Positions 10,312 through 26,042 of a stretch of DNA of 64,000 bases are shown here, piece by piece (the stretch's first letter is position 1; the number at the start of each line of letters is the position of its first letter). The stretch comes from Escherichia coli (GTDB lineage Bacteria; Pseudomonadota; Gammaproteobacteria; Enterobacterales; Enterobacteriaceae). The stretch lies in NCBI RefSeq assembly GCF_003334255.1, contig NZ_QOWU01000001.1. One strand, written 5' to 3'. The notes below the pieces were generated by a model, which did no database searches, was not told the DNA's origin, and saw only the letters and a list, made by a program, of their open reading frames with translations. Both the position numbers and the translations under genes were made by a program.

Positions 10312-11610
10312 TTAACTAAGCGTTTTCTGCCAGACAAAACTTACGCCATTCTCACCTTCAGCCACACCTTCTTGCGTCACAAATACCCCTGCCGCCGCAA
10401 TCAGCGTTTCGCCATAAAACAGCAGTGGCGTGGTGTCACGTAGCCACGGCGGCACGCCCAGCTCTTGCCAGATTTTCTTTAGCTTACGTCCGCCGTTACG
10501 CCCGACAATATGCAGCAATCCTGGCGCTTTGAAACGCACGCTGACCGCTTCGTCTGCACGCGGAGGGCGAATATCGCCTCCCGCATTAAGCTGTACACTT
10601 CCCAGCCCCGCCGGTAATTCCAGCGGTTGAAGCCACGTCTGCCACGGCACAATGTTTTCGCTTTGCCCGGTGACGGATTTAATCCACCACAGTTGCGACT
10701 GATAGCGTCGGATTTCAAACGCGCCCAAACGTAAACAGGGTGAGGCATCTTCCCGCGCCAGCGCCACTTCCTGCCAGATCCTCACCAACGCGTCGCGGGA
10801 AGGCATCGGTGCATTCTGCCCTGCCAGCCAGCGGCGGATAATCGCCGCGCGGCGGGCATCACTCATCGCCAGCATTGGCACAATCTGCAGCGTCCCCTGC
10901 GGCGATTGACAGTGTGCTAAATCATCTGCCAGCAGTTCATCCAGCAGGCTCTCTTGTTCAGCACAAAGTGCGGCGCTGCGGGCCGTTGCTTCGGCAAAAT
11001 GCGGCCAACGCTGCTGCAATAACGGCACTACGCGCAGGCGCAGAAAGTTACGATCGTATGAGTCGTCCTGATTACTTTCGTCTTCAATCCAGCGTAAATC
11101 ATACTGACGCGCCCACTGCACCAGTTCCCCCCGCGTGCGGGCGAGCAACGGGCGAATAAGCCGCGTTCCGGCAAACTCCGAGACTTCCGCCATAGCCGAA
11201 AGCCCGGCAGGGCCACTGCCGCGTTTTAGCGCCAGCAGAAAGGTTTCACATTGATCGTCGAGATGTTGCGCGGTGACCAGCACTTCACCGGGCAACAAGG
11301 TGCGGGCAAATGCCTGATAACGTGCCTGCCGCGCCTGGGCCTCAATGCCCAGTCCTTCTTGCGCAAGTTGTACGCGTTCGACCACCAGCGGCACCTGCCA
11401 CTGTTGGCAGACGTTTTCGCAATGCGTAACCCAGGCATCGGCATTGGCACTTAAACCGTGATGCACATGAATAGCGCGCAGAGCGACACCCGGATTTTCC
11501 GTCCGCCACTGCACCAACTGATGCAGCAGAACGGTGGAGTCAAGCCCGCCGCTAAAGGCCACCAGAATCTGGCGTGAGGTGAGAAGTTGTCTATTGAGCG
11601 TGAGTGTCAT
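10312..11610 (-). CDS. tilS: tRNA(Ile)-lysidine synthetase
   Basis: 432-aa ORF with PP-loop motif SGGLDS near the N-terminus. Confidence 0.95.
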
Positions 11611-11674
11611 GATGGTGCGATTTTACAGTAGCAATGCCCGGCACGTTACCGGGCAAATGCGGCGATGACAAGCC

Positions 11675-12064
11675 TTACTGCTCATACAGTTCCAACGGCA
11701 GCCCGTCCGGATCGTTAAAGAAGGTGAAGCGTTTTTGCGTGTATGGATCGACACGGATGGTTTCACACTTCACGTTATGGCTTTCAAGGTGCGCCACTGC
11801 CGCATCGATGTCATCAACGCTAAAAGCCAGATGACGCAGACCGCAAGCTTCCGGTCGGCTGGGTCGTTCCGGCGGGAACGGAAATGAGAAAAGCTCAATC
11901 ACATATTGCCCATTAAGCGCCAAATCCCCTTTCCATGAGTCGCGCGCTTCGCGATAGACTTCGCTTTGCAGCGTGAAACCAAGAATATCGCAGTAGAAAG
12001 CTTTGCTCACCGCATAATCCGTCGCAATAATCGCAATATGGTGAACCTGTTTTAAACCCAGCAT
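11675..12064 (-). CDS. yaeR: VOC/glyoxalase-family protein
   Basis: 129-aa product starting MLGLKQVHHIAI. The track ORF extends 9 codons upstream. Confidence 0.85.
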   Translation of the reverse strand: MLGLKQVHHIAIIATDYAVSKAFYCDILGFTLQSEVYREARDSWKGDLALNGQYVIELFSFPFPPERPSRPEACGLRHLAFSVDDIDAAVAHLESHNVKCETIRVDPYTQKRFTFFNDPDGLPLELYEQ

Positions 12065-12120
12065 AACGTCTCCTTTATTTGTTAACAGCACGTTACTCGC
12101 CCGGAAGCCGCTCTGGCAAG

Positions 12121-14262
12121 TTATCCCGCCATTTTTAGGACTCGTACGCGGTAAACGCCGTCTTCGTCCTGTTTCGCGCCGTGAATATCCGTTTCAAAAC
12201 CGGGGTAATGTTGCCCGACGGAACAAAGCATCAGTAGAAAATCGAGTACTGTGCGGCTCTCTTTGGTCAGCATTTCTCCAGGCATCAACAGCGGTACGCC
12301 CGGTGGATAAGGCAGGATCATATTTGCCGATACTCTACCGACCAGTTGTTCCAGCGCAATGGTTTCTACTTCGCCTTTAATTTGTCGTTGCCATGCCTGA
12401 TGTGGCGTCATGATCATCTCCGGCAAAGTATCGAATGCCCGCAACATCAAACCGGGAAGATCGTGTTTACGAATCAGCTTATGGATCCCTTGTGCCAGAT
12501 CCTGAATACGCACATTGCGGTAGAAATCGGGATCTTCTGCATAGAGATCGGGTAGCATATTTTTGATCCGCAGGTTGAGATCGTAAGAGCGTTTGAATTC
12601 CGTCAACCCACGCAATAATCCCATTGCTTTGGTTTTATCGATGCCAATACTAAAGAGAAACAGCAGGTTATAAGGGCCGGTTTTCTCTACTACGATCCCA
12701 CGTTCGTCGAGGAATTTTGCTACCAGCGCCGCCGGGATCCCCTCCTCGCTCATATTGCCCTGCTCGTCCATCCCCGGTGTCAAAATAGTGACTTTAACCG
12801 GATCGAGAAACATATGATCGGCATCCGCATCGTTAAAGCCGTGCCACTGTTCGCCAGGCGCAACGGGCCAGCATTCGGCTTCATCCACCTGCGGCGGTTG
12901 CCAGATATCGAAAAACCAACCGTCAGACTCTTCCCGCAGCCGCTGGACCTCTTTGCGAAAATGCAGAGCTCGTTCTACTGAACGGTTAATCAGCCGTTTG
13001 CCCGGATTACCACGCAGCATCGCCGCCGCCGTCTCAACCGAAGCAACAATGGGATAACTGGGCGAGGTGGTGGTATGCATCATAAAGGCTTCGTTAAAGG
13101 CCTCTTCGTCATACTCGCCTTTAATGTGGATCAGCGAAGCCTGCGATAACGCCGCCAGCATTTTGTGGGTCGATTGCGTTTCGAAGATCACTTTTCCCGC
13201 AACACGCTCGCCGCTCATACCACTTTTACCCTGGTAGATCGGATGAAAATGGGTGTACGGCACCCAGGCAGAATCGAAGTGAATCGACGGGACATCCAGC
13301 GTCTGTTTGATCCAGTCGGTGTTGTAGAGCAAGCCATCATAGGTGGAGTTGGTGATCACCGCATGAACCGGCCATTGTGCTTGCGTGGTAGCAGCGACTT
13401 TCTCTTCGATGCTGTCGCGAGTAAATTCACGGCGCGGGATCCCACCAAGAATCCCCAACGCATTACGCGTCGGTTTCAGCCAGACTGGCACTACATCGTT
13501 CATCATCAACAGATGCGCCAGCGATTTATGACAATTGCGGTCGATCAACAGCGTACTGCCGGATGGCGCGGCGTACATACCCACAATTTTGTTCGACGTC
13601 GATGTTCCGTTGGTAACGATATAACTCTGTTCCGCGCCAAAAGTCCGCGCGATGTACTCTTCCGCTTCCAGGTGTGGCCCGGTGTGGTCGAGCAACGAAC
13701 CAAGCTCGGTGACCGAAATAGAGACATCAGCCTTAAGAGTATTCCCGCCGAAAAAATCATAAAACAGACAGCCAACCGGGCTTTTTTGATATGCGGTGCC
13801 GCCCATATGCCCCGGCGTACAAAAGGTGTACTTCCGCTCTTTGACGTAGGTAAACAAGGCTTTCGTGAACGGCGGTGTAATGTTATCAAGATATTCGTCG
13901 GTGTACTGACGCATACGAATGGCGATATCTTCCGCCTGCCCCAGCGCATATTCAAAAAACCAGAGCGCCATCCGCATATCCTGCACGCTGACATCCATCG
14001 TCGAGTGGGTGTTGATGAAGGCATAAAGCGGGAGATATTCATTAAGCTGATTGATATCGCTACATAAATCGAGACTGTACTCATCCCAGTCAAAAATCAC
14101 GCCGCAAATTCGAGGGTTATGTTCGATAAATTTCAGCAAATCAACGCTGTTTTGTGGCCAGATAATCTGAAAGCCTTGCGCCACCAGCGCCGACTCCAGT
14201 TCTTTGATGGGCTCATCTTTATAAAAGACGCCATGCGGTCCCATAATGGCAATGATGTTCAT
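12121..14262 (-). CDS. ldcC: Lysine decarboxylase, constitutive
   Basis: 713-aa ORF with a fold-III PLP decarboxylase lysine region (SxHK). Recognised as LdcC. Confidence 0.93.
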   Translation of the reverse strand: MNIIAIMGPHGVFYKDEPIKELESALVAQGFQIIWPQNSVDLLKFIEHNPRICGVIFDWDEYSLDLCSDINQLNEYLPLYAFINTHSTMDVSVQDMRMALWFFEYALGQAEDIAIRMRQYTDEYLDNITPPFTKALFTYVKERKYTFCTPGHMGGTAYQKSPVGCLFYDFFGGNTLKADVSISVTELGSLLDHTGPHLEAEEYIARTFGAEQSYIVTNGTSTSNKIVGMYAAPSGSTLLIDRNCHKSLAHLLMMNDVVPVWLKPTRNALGILGGIPRREFTRDSIEEKVAATTQAQWPVHAVITNSTYDGLLYNTDWIKQTLDVPSIHFDSAWVPYTHFHPIYQGKSGMSGERVAGKVIFETQSTHKMLAALSQASLIHIKGEYDEEAFNEAFMMHTTTSPSYPIVASVETAAAMLRGNPGKRLINRSVERALHFRKEVQRLREESDGWFFDIWQPPQVDEAECWPVAPGEQWHGFNDADADHMFLDPVKVTILTPGMDEQGNMSEEGIPAALVAKFLDERGIVVEKTGPYNLLFLFSIGIDKTKAMGLLRGLTEFKRSYDLNLRIKNMLPDLYAEDPDFYRNVRIQDLAQGIHKLIRKHDLPGLMLRAFDTLPEMIMTPHQAWQRQIKGEVETIALEQLVGRVSANMILPYPPGVPLLMPGEMLTKESRTVLDFLLMLCSVGQHYPGFETDIHGAKQDEDGVYRVRVLKMAG

Positions 14263-14313
14263 GTGTTCCTCCTGGAAAATCCTTCCTTAATCATAGCCTG
14301 CTCAAACCGTGGC

Positions 14314-14346
14314 GATAAAAAAGGGCCACCGAAGTGACCCTTTTTC
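14314..14346 (-). terminator. Hairpin with flanking A/T runs after accA
   Basis: Plus strand reads aaaaaaGGGCCACcgaaGTGACCCttttt: a stem flanked by an A run and a T run, so it could terminate in either direction. Confidence 0.55.
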
Positions 14347-14360
14347 AGAACTTTTGCGAA

Positions 14361-15320
14361 TTACGCGTAACCGTAGCTCATCAGGCGCTGATAACGACGA
14401 TTTTTTAAATCTTCAGTGCTTAACACGTCGAGATCGGCCAGATCCGCCAGCAGTTGCGCTTTCAACGATGCCGCCATCGCTTCCGGGTTACGGTGAGCAC
14501 CACCCAGTGGTTCCGGGATGATGGAGTCGATCAGTTTCAGTTCTTTCAGACGCGGAGCAATGATACCCATCGCTTCAGCCGCCAGCGGCGCTTTGTCGGC
14601 GCTCTTCCACAGAATGGACGCACAACCTTCCGGCGAGATAACGGAATAGGTGCTGTATTGCAGCATATTCACTTTATCGCCCACGCCAATCGCCAGCGCA
14701 CCGCCAGAACCACCTTCACCGATAACCGTACAAACTACCGGTACGCCGAGGCGAGACATTTCACGCAGGTTGCGTGCAATGGCTTCAGACTGACCACGCT
14801 CTTCTGCGCCCACGCCAGGATAAGCCCCCGGGGTGTCGATAAAGGTGATGATAGGCATCTTAAAGCGTTCAGCCATTTGCATCAGACGCAGTGCTTTGCG
14901 GTAACCTTCTGGCGCTGGCATACCAAAGTTACGGCGAATTTTTTCTTTGGTTTCACGACCTTTTTGATGACCAATGATCATCACCGGACGACCATCGAGA
15001 CGGGCGATACCACCGACGATAGCTTTATCGTCTGCATACGCGCGGTCGCCAGCCAGTTCGTCAAATTCATCAAATGCCAGGCGAACGTAATCCAGGGTAT
15101 AAGGACGCTGTGGATGGCGTGCCAGTTGCGCAATCTGCCATGCACCGAGATCGGCGAAGATTTTACGTGTCAGTTCTACGCTTTTTTCACGCAGACGATG
15201 CACTTCTTCATCGATGTTAATATCCAGTTTCTCATCCTGACGGCTAACCGCAGTCAGAGAATCGATTTTCGCTTCCAGCTCTGCAATCGGCTGTTCAAAA
15301 TCAAGGAAATTCAGACTCAT
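14361..15320 (-). CDS. accA: Acetyl-CoA carboxylase carboxyltransferase alpha subunit
   Basis: 319-aa ORF starting [20 protein letters not shown]. Confidence 0.96.
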   Translation of the reverse strand: MSLNFLDFEQPIAELEAKIDSLTAVSRQDEKLDINIDEEVHRLREKSVELTRKIFADLGAWQIAQLARHPQRPYTLDYVRLAFDEFDELAGDRAYADDKAIVGGIARLDGRPVMIIGHQKGRETKEKIRRNFGMPAPEGYRKALRLMQMAERFKMPIITFIDTPGAYPGVGAEERGQSEAIARNLREMSRLGVPVVCTVIGEGGSGGALAIGVGDKVNMLQYSTYSVISPEGCASILWKSADKAPLAAEAMGIIAPRLKELKLIDSIIPEPLGGAHRNPEAMAASLKAQLLADLADLDVLSTEDLKNRRYQRLMSYGYA

Positions 15321-15332
15321 AGTATTCCTGTA

Positions 15333-18300
15333 TTAGTCAAACTCCAGTTCCACCTGCTCCGAACCAATGAGGCCACGGAGATCGTTTAATAAACGATCGC
15401 TCGGAGAGACACGCCACGTCGCGCCAAAACGCAACCGCGCGCGTGCATCCGCCCTCTGATAGTAGAGATGTACTGGAATTGTCCCAGAGCGGTGGGGTTC
15501 CAGAGACTGACGGAGTCGGTTTAAAAGCTGGTCATCAATTTGCCTGTCCGTCAGCGAGATAGCAAGCCCGCGAGCATATTTTTCCCGGGCTTCGTCAATA
15601 TCCATCACTTCGCGAGCGGTCATTTTAAGCCCACCGCTGAAGTCATCAAAGCTGACCTGTCCGCTGACGATAAGTATGCGGTCTTTTTCCAGCAATTGCT
15701 GGTATTTATCCAGGGCGTCAGTAAACAACATCACTTCCAGCCGCCCGGAACGGTCATCCAGCGTGCAGATACCGATACGATTGCCGCGCTTGGTGACCAT
15801 AACCCGCGCGGCAACAACGAGCCCCGCAGCCGTGATGACTTTACCACGTTCTGTCGGGTGCATGTCTTTCAGCCTTACGCCTCCGACATAACGCTCAATC
15901 TCTTTTAAATACTGGTTGATAGGGTGTCCGGTCAGGTACAGGCCTAACGTTTCACGTTCCCCATCTAATACCACCTGCTCCGGCCACGGTTGGCAGCTGG
16001 CGTAGGATTGTTCAATTTGTTCCGGCTCTTCGGCCAGCACGCCGAACATATCGGCCTGACCGATAGCTTCCGCTTTCGCGTGTTGATCTGCCGCTTTTAA
16101 CGCATCGCCCAGCGAGTTCATCAGCGCTGCGCGATGTGGCCCAAGACGGTCAAACGCCCCGGACATGATCAGTTTTTCCAGCACGCGACGGTTCAACTTT
16201 TTGGTGTCGGTACGGGCGCAGAGATCAAACAGTTCGCGGAAGTAGCCGCCTTTATTACGGGCTTCGATGATGGCCTCAATCGGACCTTCACCGACCCCTT
16301 TGATCGCGCCAATACCATACACGATTTCGCCGTCGTCGTTGACGTGGAAATGGTAAAGACCGGAGTTTATATCTGGTGGCAGGATTTTCAGCCCCATCCG
16401 CCAGCACTCATCCACCAGACCCACCACCTTCTCGGTGTTGTCCATATCGGCGGTCATTACCGCCGCCATAAACTCCGCAGGATAGTGCGCTTTCAGCCAT
16501 AACGTTTGATATGACACCAAAGCATAGGCCGCAGAGTGCGATTTGTTAAATCCGTAACCAGCGAATTTCTCCACCAGGTCGAAGATTTTCATCGCCAGTT
16601 CAGCGTTGATTCCGTTCTTTTCTGCACCTTCAGCAAATACAGAACGTTGCTTAGCCATCTCTTCCGGCTTTTTCTTACCCATCGCACGACGCAGCATATC
16701 CGCGCCACCGAGGGTATAACCAGAAAGCACCTGCGCAATCTGCATGACCTGTTCCTGATACAGGATAATGCCGTAGGTTGGCTCCAGTACCGGTTTCAGG
16801 CTTTCATGCTGCCACTGTACGTCCGGATAGGAGATCTCTTCACGACCATGTTTACGGTCGATAAAGTTATCCACCATCCCTGATTGCAACGGACCGGGGC
16901 GGAACAGTGCCACTAGGGCGATCATATCTTCGAAGCAGTCAGGTTGTAGACGCTTGATCAGGTCCTTCATGCCGCGCGATTCAAGCTGGAATACCGCCGT
17001 GGTTTCCGAGCGTTGCAGCATGTCGAAGCTTTTCTTATCATCCAGCGGGATCGCAGCGATATCCAGCGGCGGCTCGCCATTCTTCGCCCGCCGCTTGTTG
17101 ATCATCTCCAGCGCCCAGTTGATGATGGTGAGCGTACGCAAACCAAGGAAGTCGAACTTCACCAGTCCGGCGTATTCAACGTCGCTTTTATCAAACTGGG
17201 TGACCGGATGTTTGCCCTCTTCATCGCAGTAAAGCGGCGCAAAATCGGTAATTTTGGTCGGCGCGATAACCACCCCACCGGCGTGCTTACCGGCGTTACG
17301 GGTGACCCCTTCCAGTTTGCGCGCCATGTCGATCAGCGCCTTAACTTCTTCATCCGCTTCGTAGATTTCCGGCAGCTGCGGCTCGGCTTCAAACGCTTTC
17401 GCCAGCGTCATCCCCGGATCGGGCGGGATCAGTTTCGAGATACGATCGACAAAGCCGTACGGATGCCCCAGCACGCGGCCTACGTCGCGGATCACCGCTT
17501 TCGCCGCCATTGTACCGAAGGTGATGATCTGCGATACCGCATCACGACCGTACATGTCCGCTACGTGCTCGATAACCTGATCGCGTTTCTCCATACAGAA
17601 GTCAACGTCGAAGTCAGGCATGGAGACACGTTCCGGGTTAAGGAAACGTTCGAACAGCAGGTCAAATTCCAGCGGATCGAGGTCGGTGATTTTCAGCGCG
17701 TAGGCCACCAGTGAACCCGCACCGGAGCCACGGCCTGGCCCTACCGGTACGCCGTTATCTTTCGACCACTGGATAAATTCCATAACGATGAGGAAGTAGC
17801 CCGGGAAGCCCATCTGGTTGATAACCTGAAGTTCAGTCTCCAGACGTTCGTCATATTCCGGGCGGCGCTTAAGACGTTCTTCCTCATCAGGGAATAAAAA
17901 GGCCAGACGCTCTTCCAGGCCCTCTTTTGCACGCTTGACCAGATAATCTTCGGTGCTCATGTCCCCGGTCGGGAACTGCGGCAGGAAGTATTCACCAAGA
18001 CGCACGGTTACGTTACAGCGTTTGGCGATCTCAACGGTGTTGGCAAGGGCTTCGGGGATGTCGGCAAACAGCTCACACATCTCCTCTTCGCTACGCATAT
18101 ATTGCTGCGGCGAATAGTTACGCGGGCGTTTAGGATCGTCGAGGGTAAAGCCGTCGTGGATCGCGACGCGGATTTCGTGTGCGTCAAAGTCGCTGCTGTC
18201 GATAAAGCGCACGTCGTTGGTCGCCACGACGGGCAAACCGCGCGCTTCCGCCAGTTCCACCGCCGCGTGCAGATAGCTTTCTTCATCCGGCCTGCCGGTG

Positions 18301-18815
18301 CGGATCAGCTCGAGAAAATAGCGATCCGGGAAGTGTTCTTCATAAAACGCGACACACTCATCTACCAGCGCGCTGTTACCACGCAAAAGACTGCGTCCGA
18401 CGTCGCCCATGCGTCCGCCGGAAAGAAGGATCAACCCTTCGTTTAATTCGATAAGCCAGTCGCGATCGATGATCGGCCCGGCGGCACCGTACCCGCGCTG
18501 ATACGCTTTTGAGATCAGCAACGTCAGATTCTGATAGCCGGTATTGTTCGCCGCCAGTACCGTCAGGTGGGTTAACTCATCACCCAGCAGGTCGCACTGG
18601 ACGTTAAAATCTGCCCCGACGATAGGCTTAATCCCTGCGCCATGTCCCGCTCCGTAGAACTTCACCAGACCACAAAGGTTGGTGAAATCGGTGATCGCCA
18701 GTGCTGGCATACCCAACGCCGCCGCCTTTTTTACCAACGGTGCGGTTTTGGCCAGGCCATCGATCATCGAGTAGTCGCTGTGCACCCGCAGGTGTACGAA
18801 ACGTGGTTCAGACAT
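15333..18815 (-). CDS. dnaE: DNA polymerase III alpha subunit
   Basis: 1160-aa ORF with an N-terminal PHP domain ([12 protein letters not shown]). Confidence 0.97.
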   Translation of the reverse strand: MSEPRFVHLRVHSDYSMIDGLAKTAPLVKKAAALGMPALAITDFTNLCGLVKFYGAGHGAGIKPIVGADFNVQCDLLGDELTHLTVLAANNTGYQNLTLLISKAYQRGYGAAGPIIDRDWLIELNEGLILLSGGRMGDVGRSLLRGNSALVDECVAFYEEHFPDRYFLELIRTGRPDEESYLHAAVELAEARGLPVVATNDVRFIDSSDFDAHEIRVAIHDGFTLDDPKRPRNYSPQQYMRSEEEMCELFADIPEALANTVEIAKRCNVTVRLGEYFLPQFPTGDMSTEDYLVKRAKEGLEERLAFLFPDEEERLKRRPEYDERLETELQVINQMGFPGYFLIVMEFIQWSKDNGVPVGPGRGSGAGSLVAYALKITDLDPLEFDLLFERFLNPERVSMPDFDVDFCMEKRDQVIEHVADMYGRDAVSQIITFGTMAAKAVIRDVGRVLGHPYGFVDRISKLIPPDPGMTLAKAFEAEPQLPEIYEADEEVKALIDMARKLEGVTRNAGKHAGGVVIAPTKITDFAPLYCDEEGKHPVTQFDKSDVEYAGLVKFDFLGLRTLTIINWALEMINKRRAKNGEPPLDIAAIPLDDKKSFDMLQRSETTAVFQLESRGMKDLIKRLQPDCFEDMIALVALFRPGPLQSGMVDNFIDRKHGREEISYPDVQWQHESLKPVLEPTYGIILYQEQVMQIAQVLSGYTLGGADMLRRAMGKKKPEEMAKQRSVFAEGAEKNGINAELAMKIFDLVEKFAGYGFNKSHSAAYALVSYQTLWLKAHYPAEFMAAVMTADMDNTEKVVGLVDECWRMGLKILPPDINSGLYHFHVNDDGEIVYGIGAIKGVGEGPIEAIIEARNKGGYFRELFDLCARTDTKKLNRRVLEKLIMSGAFDRLGPHRAALMNSLGDALKAADQHAKAEAIGQADMFGVLAEEPEQIEQSYASCQPWPEQVVLDGERETLGLYLTGHPINQYLKEIERYVGGVRLKDMHPTERGKVITAAGLVVAARVMVTKRGNRIGICTLDDRSGRLEVMLFTDALDKYQQLLEKDRILIVSGQVSFDDFSGGLKMTAREVMDIDEAREKYARGLAISLTDRQIDDQLLNRLRQSLEPHRSGTIPVHLYYQRADARARLRFGATWRVSPSDRLLNDLRGLIGSEQVELEFD

Positions 18816-18851
18816 CTTCAGATTCCGGTTTACTTAATCTCGACACAAGAA

Positions 18852-19448
18852 TCAGGACGCAAGTCCCAGTGCGCGTTTGACAGGCCCAAAGCTGCGCCGA
18901 TGGTGTTCGGTCGCGCCGTGTTCAGCCAGTTTTTCCAGATGAAAAGCGGTTGGGTACCCTTTGTGTTGGGCAAAACCATATTGCGGGAAAACAATATCCA
19001 GCGCCGCCATTTCGGCGTCACGCGTCACTTTCGCCAGGATAGACGCGGCACTGATTTCCGGTACGCGGCTATCGCCTTTCACCACAGCCATCGCAGGCAT
19101 CGGTAATTTCGGGCAGCGGTTACCATCAATCAACACATATTCCGGCGCAATATGCAGCCCAGCGACGGCACGCTGCATCGCCAGCATGGTCGCATGAAGA
19201 ATGTTCAGCTCGTCGATTTCGTGGGGTTCCGCGCGGCCCAGACTCCAGCTCAACGCTTTCTCTTTGATCTCTTCATAGAGCGCCAGACGGCGTTTTTCGC
19301 TCAGCTTTTTGGAATCATTCAGCCCGGCAATCGGGCGCGCCGGGTCAAGGATCACCGCAGCGGTGACGACCGCGCCAACTAACGGCCCGCGTCCGACTTC
19401 ATCCACACCCGCAACCAGCTGCGTGTGCGGATAAACAAATTCGATCAT
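18852..19448 (-). CDS. rnhB: Ribonuclease HII
   Basis: 198-aa ORF with catalytic motif [10 protein letters not shown]. Confidence 0.95.
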
Positions 19449-20593
19449 TGTGCTAACTCCAGAACGGCTTGTGCCGCCTGCTCATCGGCATTGCAGCGGA
19501 TCTGCTGATGCAGTTCACGGAAGGTATCGTGCATCGCGTGGCTGGTTTTCCCGTTCGCCAACAGCGGTAACAGCGCCGCAGCCAGTTTTTGCGGCTCACA
19601 CTCTTCCTGCAATAATTCTTTGACTAACTCTCTGCCCGCCAGCAGATTTGGCAGCGAGACATAATCAGTTTTCACCAGCCGCTTCGCCAACCAGAAGGTA
19701 AAAGGCTTCATGCGATATCCCACCACCATCGGGCATTTCGCCAGCATACACTCCAGGGCTGCCGTACCCGACGCCAGTAGCGCCGCATCGCTGGCGACCA
19801 TCGCCTCACGGCCCATCCCATCCAGCAAATGAACTGAAAGGTCTGGCGCGACTTCAGCTTTGATGCGTTCAAACTGCTCGCGGCGTTTGGCATTCACCAG
19901 TGGCACCACGATTTCGAGATCCGGATATGTCTGGCGCAAAAGCTGGGCCGTTTTCAGGAAATCGGCACTAAGCATTTCAACTTCTGCACCACGGCTCCCC
20001 GGTAGCAACGCCAGGCAGTGGGCATCGTGAGGGATCCCCAGCACATCACGGGCGGCATTTTTATCTGGATCTAATGGCATGGCATCAGCCATGGTATGAC
20101 CGATAAAGCGGCACGGTACGTTGTATTTGTCATAAAACGCTTTTTCGAAAGGCAGAAATGCGAGCACCAGATCGGTGGCTCTGCCTATTTTGAAAACACG
20201 TTTCTGTCGCCACGCCCAGACTGACGGACTGACGTAATGAATGGTTTTGATACCCTGCTTTTTGAGGTTACCTTCAAGAGTAATATTGAAGTCAGGCGCA
20301 TCAATACCAACAAAAACATCTGGCTTCAGTTCGCCAAAACGCTTTGTCAGATCGGCACGAATATGCAGTAAGCGACGCAGACGACCGAGCACTTCAACAA
20401 TGCCCATCACCGCCAGTTCTTCCATTTCGTACCAGGCTTCGCAGCCTTCAGCCTGCATTCGTGGCCCGGCAACACCAACAAAGCGGGCGTTGGGCACATG
20501 TTCTTTCAGAGCGCGGATTAAACCGGCCCCCAGGATATCGCCGGAGGTTTCTCCGGCGACCAGGGCAATCGTTAATGGACGCTGTTCAGTCAT
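19445..20593 (-). CDS. lpxB: Lipid-A-disaccharide synthase
   Basis: 382-aa ORF. Its stop overlaps the rnhB start by 4 nt. Confidence 0.95.
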
Positions 20594-21381
20594 TAACGAA
20601 TCAGACCGCGCGTTGAGCGTGCAAAGAAATCGGTAAAGGCTTTCACTTCCGGATATGTTTCCGCCAGTTCAGCAATTTCCGGTTTCACTTCATCGAGCGT
20701 TTTACCGCTACGATAAATCAGCTTATACGCATTGCGGATAGCGGTAATCGCCTCACGGCTGAATCCGCGGCGCTTCAGCCCTTCGATATTGACACCGAAC
20801 GGCGTTGCGTGGTTACCCTGCGCAATGACATAAGGAGGGACGTCCTGCGCCACACCGGAGCAGCCGCCAACCATCACGTGCGCACCAATGATGCAGAACT
20901 GATGGACTGCGGTCATGCCGCCGATGATCGCGAAGTCGTCAACCGATACGTGACCCGCCAGCGTTGCGTTGTTGGCGAGAATACAGCGGTTACCTACCGT
21001 ACAATCGTGCGCAATGTGCGCGTTGATCATCAGTAAGTTGTCGCTGCCCACCTTCGTCAATCCACCGCCCTGGACTGTGCCACGATGAATGGTGACGCTT
21101 TCGCGAATGCGGTTACGATCGCCGATTTCCACACGGGTCGGTTCGCCAGCATATTTCAGATCCTGGTTAACTTCGCCGATGGAGGCGAACTGATAAATCT
21201 CATTATCGCGGCCAATTTTAGTATGACCATTCACGACAACGTGAGATTTCAGTACGGTACCCTCACCAATTTCGACATGGGGTCCAACGATACAAAAAGG
21301 ACCAATGTGTGCGTTCGCGCCAATTGACGCGCCCTCTTCCACAATGGCGGTTGGATGCACAAAGGCGGATTTATCAATCAC
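20593..21381 (-). CDS. lpxA: UDP-N-acetylglucosamine acyltransferase
   Basis: 262-aa ORF with hexapeptide repeats. Its stop overlaps the lpxB start by 1 nt. Confidence 0.95.
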
Positions 21382-21384
21382 GTA

Positions 21385-21840
21385 TCAGGCCTCCCGGCTA
21401 CGAGCACACATCATCGTTGCTTCGCAAACTACTTTACCATCGACCAGAGCAACCCCTTTAAAACGGGTCAGGCCGCGGCGCGTTTTTTCGAAAGTGACTT
21501 CCATGATCATTTGATCGCCAGGCACGACCGGGCGCTTGAAGCGCGCTTCGTCAATACCAGCGAAGTAGTACAGCTCACCCGGTTCCAGTTTTCCTACGCT
21601 TTTAAACGCCAGAATACCTGTTGCCTGTGCCATTGCTTCCAGAATCAGCACACCCGGGAAAATCGGTTTTCCAGGGAAATGGCCCTGGAAGAATGGCTCA
21701 TTGACAGAGACATTTTTTACTGCGCGCAGAAAACGACCTTCTTCAAAATCCAGCACGCGATCCACCAGTAAGAACGGGAAACGGTGCGGCAGAAGTTCTA
21801 AAATCTCTTCAATCTGCAGAGTATGAGTGTTAGTAGTCAA
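21385..21840 (-). CDS. fabZ: 3-hydroxyacyl-ACP dehydratase FabZ
   Basis: 151-aa product from a TTG start ([26 protein letters not shown]). The track ORF extends upstream to a different start. Confidence 0.9.
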
Positions 21841-21944
21841 GATACTCTTCCTGTCAAAATATAAGAAACGACAATAATAACACGGCCTGCCGCAATCGTA
21901 AGAATGAGACAGGCCGTAAAGTTTGGCGAACAAAAGATGGAACG

Positions 21945-22970
21945 TTAGTCTTGTTGATTAACCTTGCGCTCAAGCGATTTCAGACGCTTGCTCATGTCAT
22001 CAATGTTCATCACCAGTGCAGCGGTTTTGCGCCAGACTTTGTTGGGTTGCAGCGGAATGCCTGAGGAATAGACGCCTGGTTCAGTGATGGGACGCATCAC
22101 CATACCCATGCCCGTAACCGTCACTTTGTCGCATATTTCCATATGCCCGTTGATTACGCTGGCTCCGCCGATCATGCAGTAACGACCAATTTTCAGGCTG
22201 CCCGCCATAATGACGCCACCGGCAACCGCCGTATTGTCGCCAATCACGACGTTATGTGCAATCTGGCACTGGTTATCAATGATCACGCCATTGCCAATAA
22301 TAGTGTCATCCAGCGCGCCGCGATCGATGGTTGTGCAGGCACCGATCTCCACGCGATCGCCAATAATTACGCGACCAATCTGTGGGATCTTCACCCAGTT
22401 ACCACGATCGTTGGCATAACCAAAGCCGTCTGCGCCTACCACTGTTCCGGACTGGATCAGGCAATTCTGACCGATCTGGATCTCATGGTAAATGGTTACG
22501 TTCGCCCAGAGACGCGAACCTGCACCGATTTTGCTGTTTTTACCTACGAAGCAACCGGCACCGATAATCACGTTATCGCCCAGTTCAACGCCGGACTCAA
22601 TCACCGCGTTAGCGCCAATCGATACGTTGTTACCCAGCTTCGCCGTCGCGTCGATCACCGCACTGGGTGCAATGTTCTGCGCGGGCTGCGGCGTGGTATC
22701 TAAAATTTGCGCCATGCGCGCGTAAGTCAGGTAGGGATTCTTCACTACCAGTGCGGCACTTTTCGCGAAAGGAAGATCGTCCTGGGTCATGACAACCGCG
22801 GACGCCTGGCACAAGCCTAAATGCTCACGGTATTTTGGGTTAACCATGAACGTAATGTGACCTGTTTGTGCAGATTGCATGGACGCAACGCCGGTGATGA
22901 CGATATCGCCATCACCGTGTAGTTCTGCATCCAACTGCTGCGCTAAATCAGCCAGTCGAATTGAAGGCAT
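21945..22970 (-). CDS. lpxD: UDP-3-O-(3-hydroxymyristoyl)glucosamine N-acyltransferase
   Basis: 341-aa ORF starting [13 protein letters not shown], with extensive hexapeptide repeats. Confidence 0.95.
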
Positions 22971-22973
22971 TAC

Positions 22974-23459
22974 TTATTTAACCTGTTTCAGTACGTCGGC
23001 AGTGATGTCTTTTACATCGCTGCTGTTGTAAGCAACGGCGTTTGCATCAACAACCAGATCGATATCCTGGCTGTTGGCAACGGATTTCACAGCAGTCTGG
23101 ATACGAGTAACCAGTTTGCCGCGTTCTTCGTTGGAACGACGTGCGCGATCCTGCTCAAAAGCCTGCGCTTTCTGAGCAAAAGTCTGGCGCTGAGCCATCA
23201 CGTCTTTTTCCAGCTTAGTGCGATCGCTGCCCGCTTTCATGGACTGCAGCTTTTTCATTTTAGCCTGCAGATCGGTTTCCATACGCTGCAGTTCGCTGGC
23301 ACGGCCTTTGAACTCATTTTCCAGCGTGTTAGAAACACCGGTTTTCTGCGCTACCTGCTGGAACAGGCTGCCCATGTTGACGATTGCAATTTTGTCAGCC
23401 GCCTGAGCAGAAGTTGCCAGTGCTAAACCGAGACCTGCAGCTAATAACCACTTTTTCAC
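22974..23459 (-). CDS. skp: Periplasmic chaperone Skp
   Basis: 161-aa ORF with a signal peptide and a basic coiled-coil body. Confidence 0.95.
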   Translation of the reverse strand: MKKWLLAAGLGLALATSAQAADKIAIVNMGSLFQQVAQKTGVSNTLENEFKGRASELQRMETDLQAKMKKLQSMKAGSDRTKLEKDVMAQRQTFAQKAQAFEQDRARRSNEERGKLVTRIQTAVKSVANSQDIDLVVDANAVAYNSSDVKDITADVLKQVK

Positions 23460-23580
23460 AATAAACTCCTTACCATCCCATTTGCACCGGAGGGTGCAGT
23501 TCTTTGCGTGGCCCGGCGATCTTATATTGATCGCCTAAAGTCATCGCTACACTACCACTACATTCCTTTGTGGAGAACAC

Positions 23581-26031
<2,451 letters not shown>

Positions 26032-26042
26032 CTAACTAACTC

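Noticed and set aside
13165-14067. 300-aa plus-strand ORF inside ldcC, with similar long antisense ORFs at 14454..15389 (accA), 32338..33390 (tsf), 5280..6071 (proS) and 17013..17714 (dnaE)
   Set aside because: Each lies entirely antisense to a well-supported gene, has no ribosome-binding site context, and gives a low-complexity Arg/His/Phe-rich translation typical of the reverse frame of GC-rich coding DNA.
22143-22703. Long antisense ORFs over the hexapeptide-repeat genes lpxD (22143..22703) and dapD (38002..38661)
   Set aside because: The left-handed beta-helix repeats give periodic codon structure that keeps the opposite strand open. These are not independent genes.
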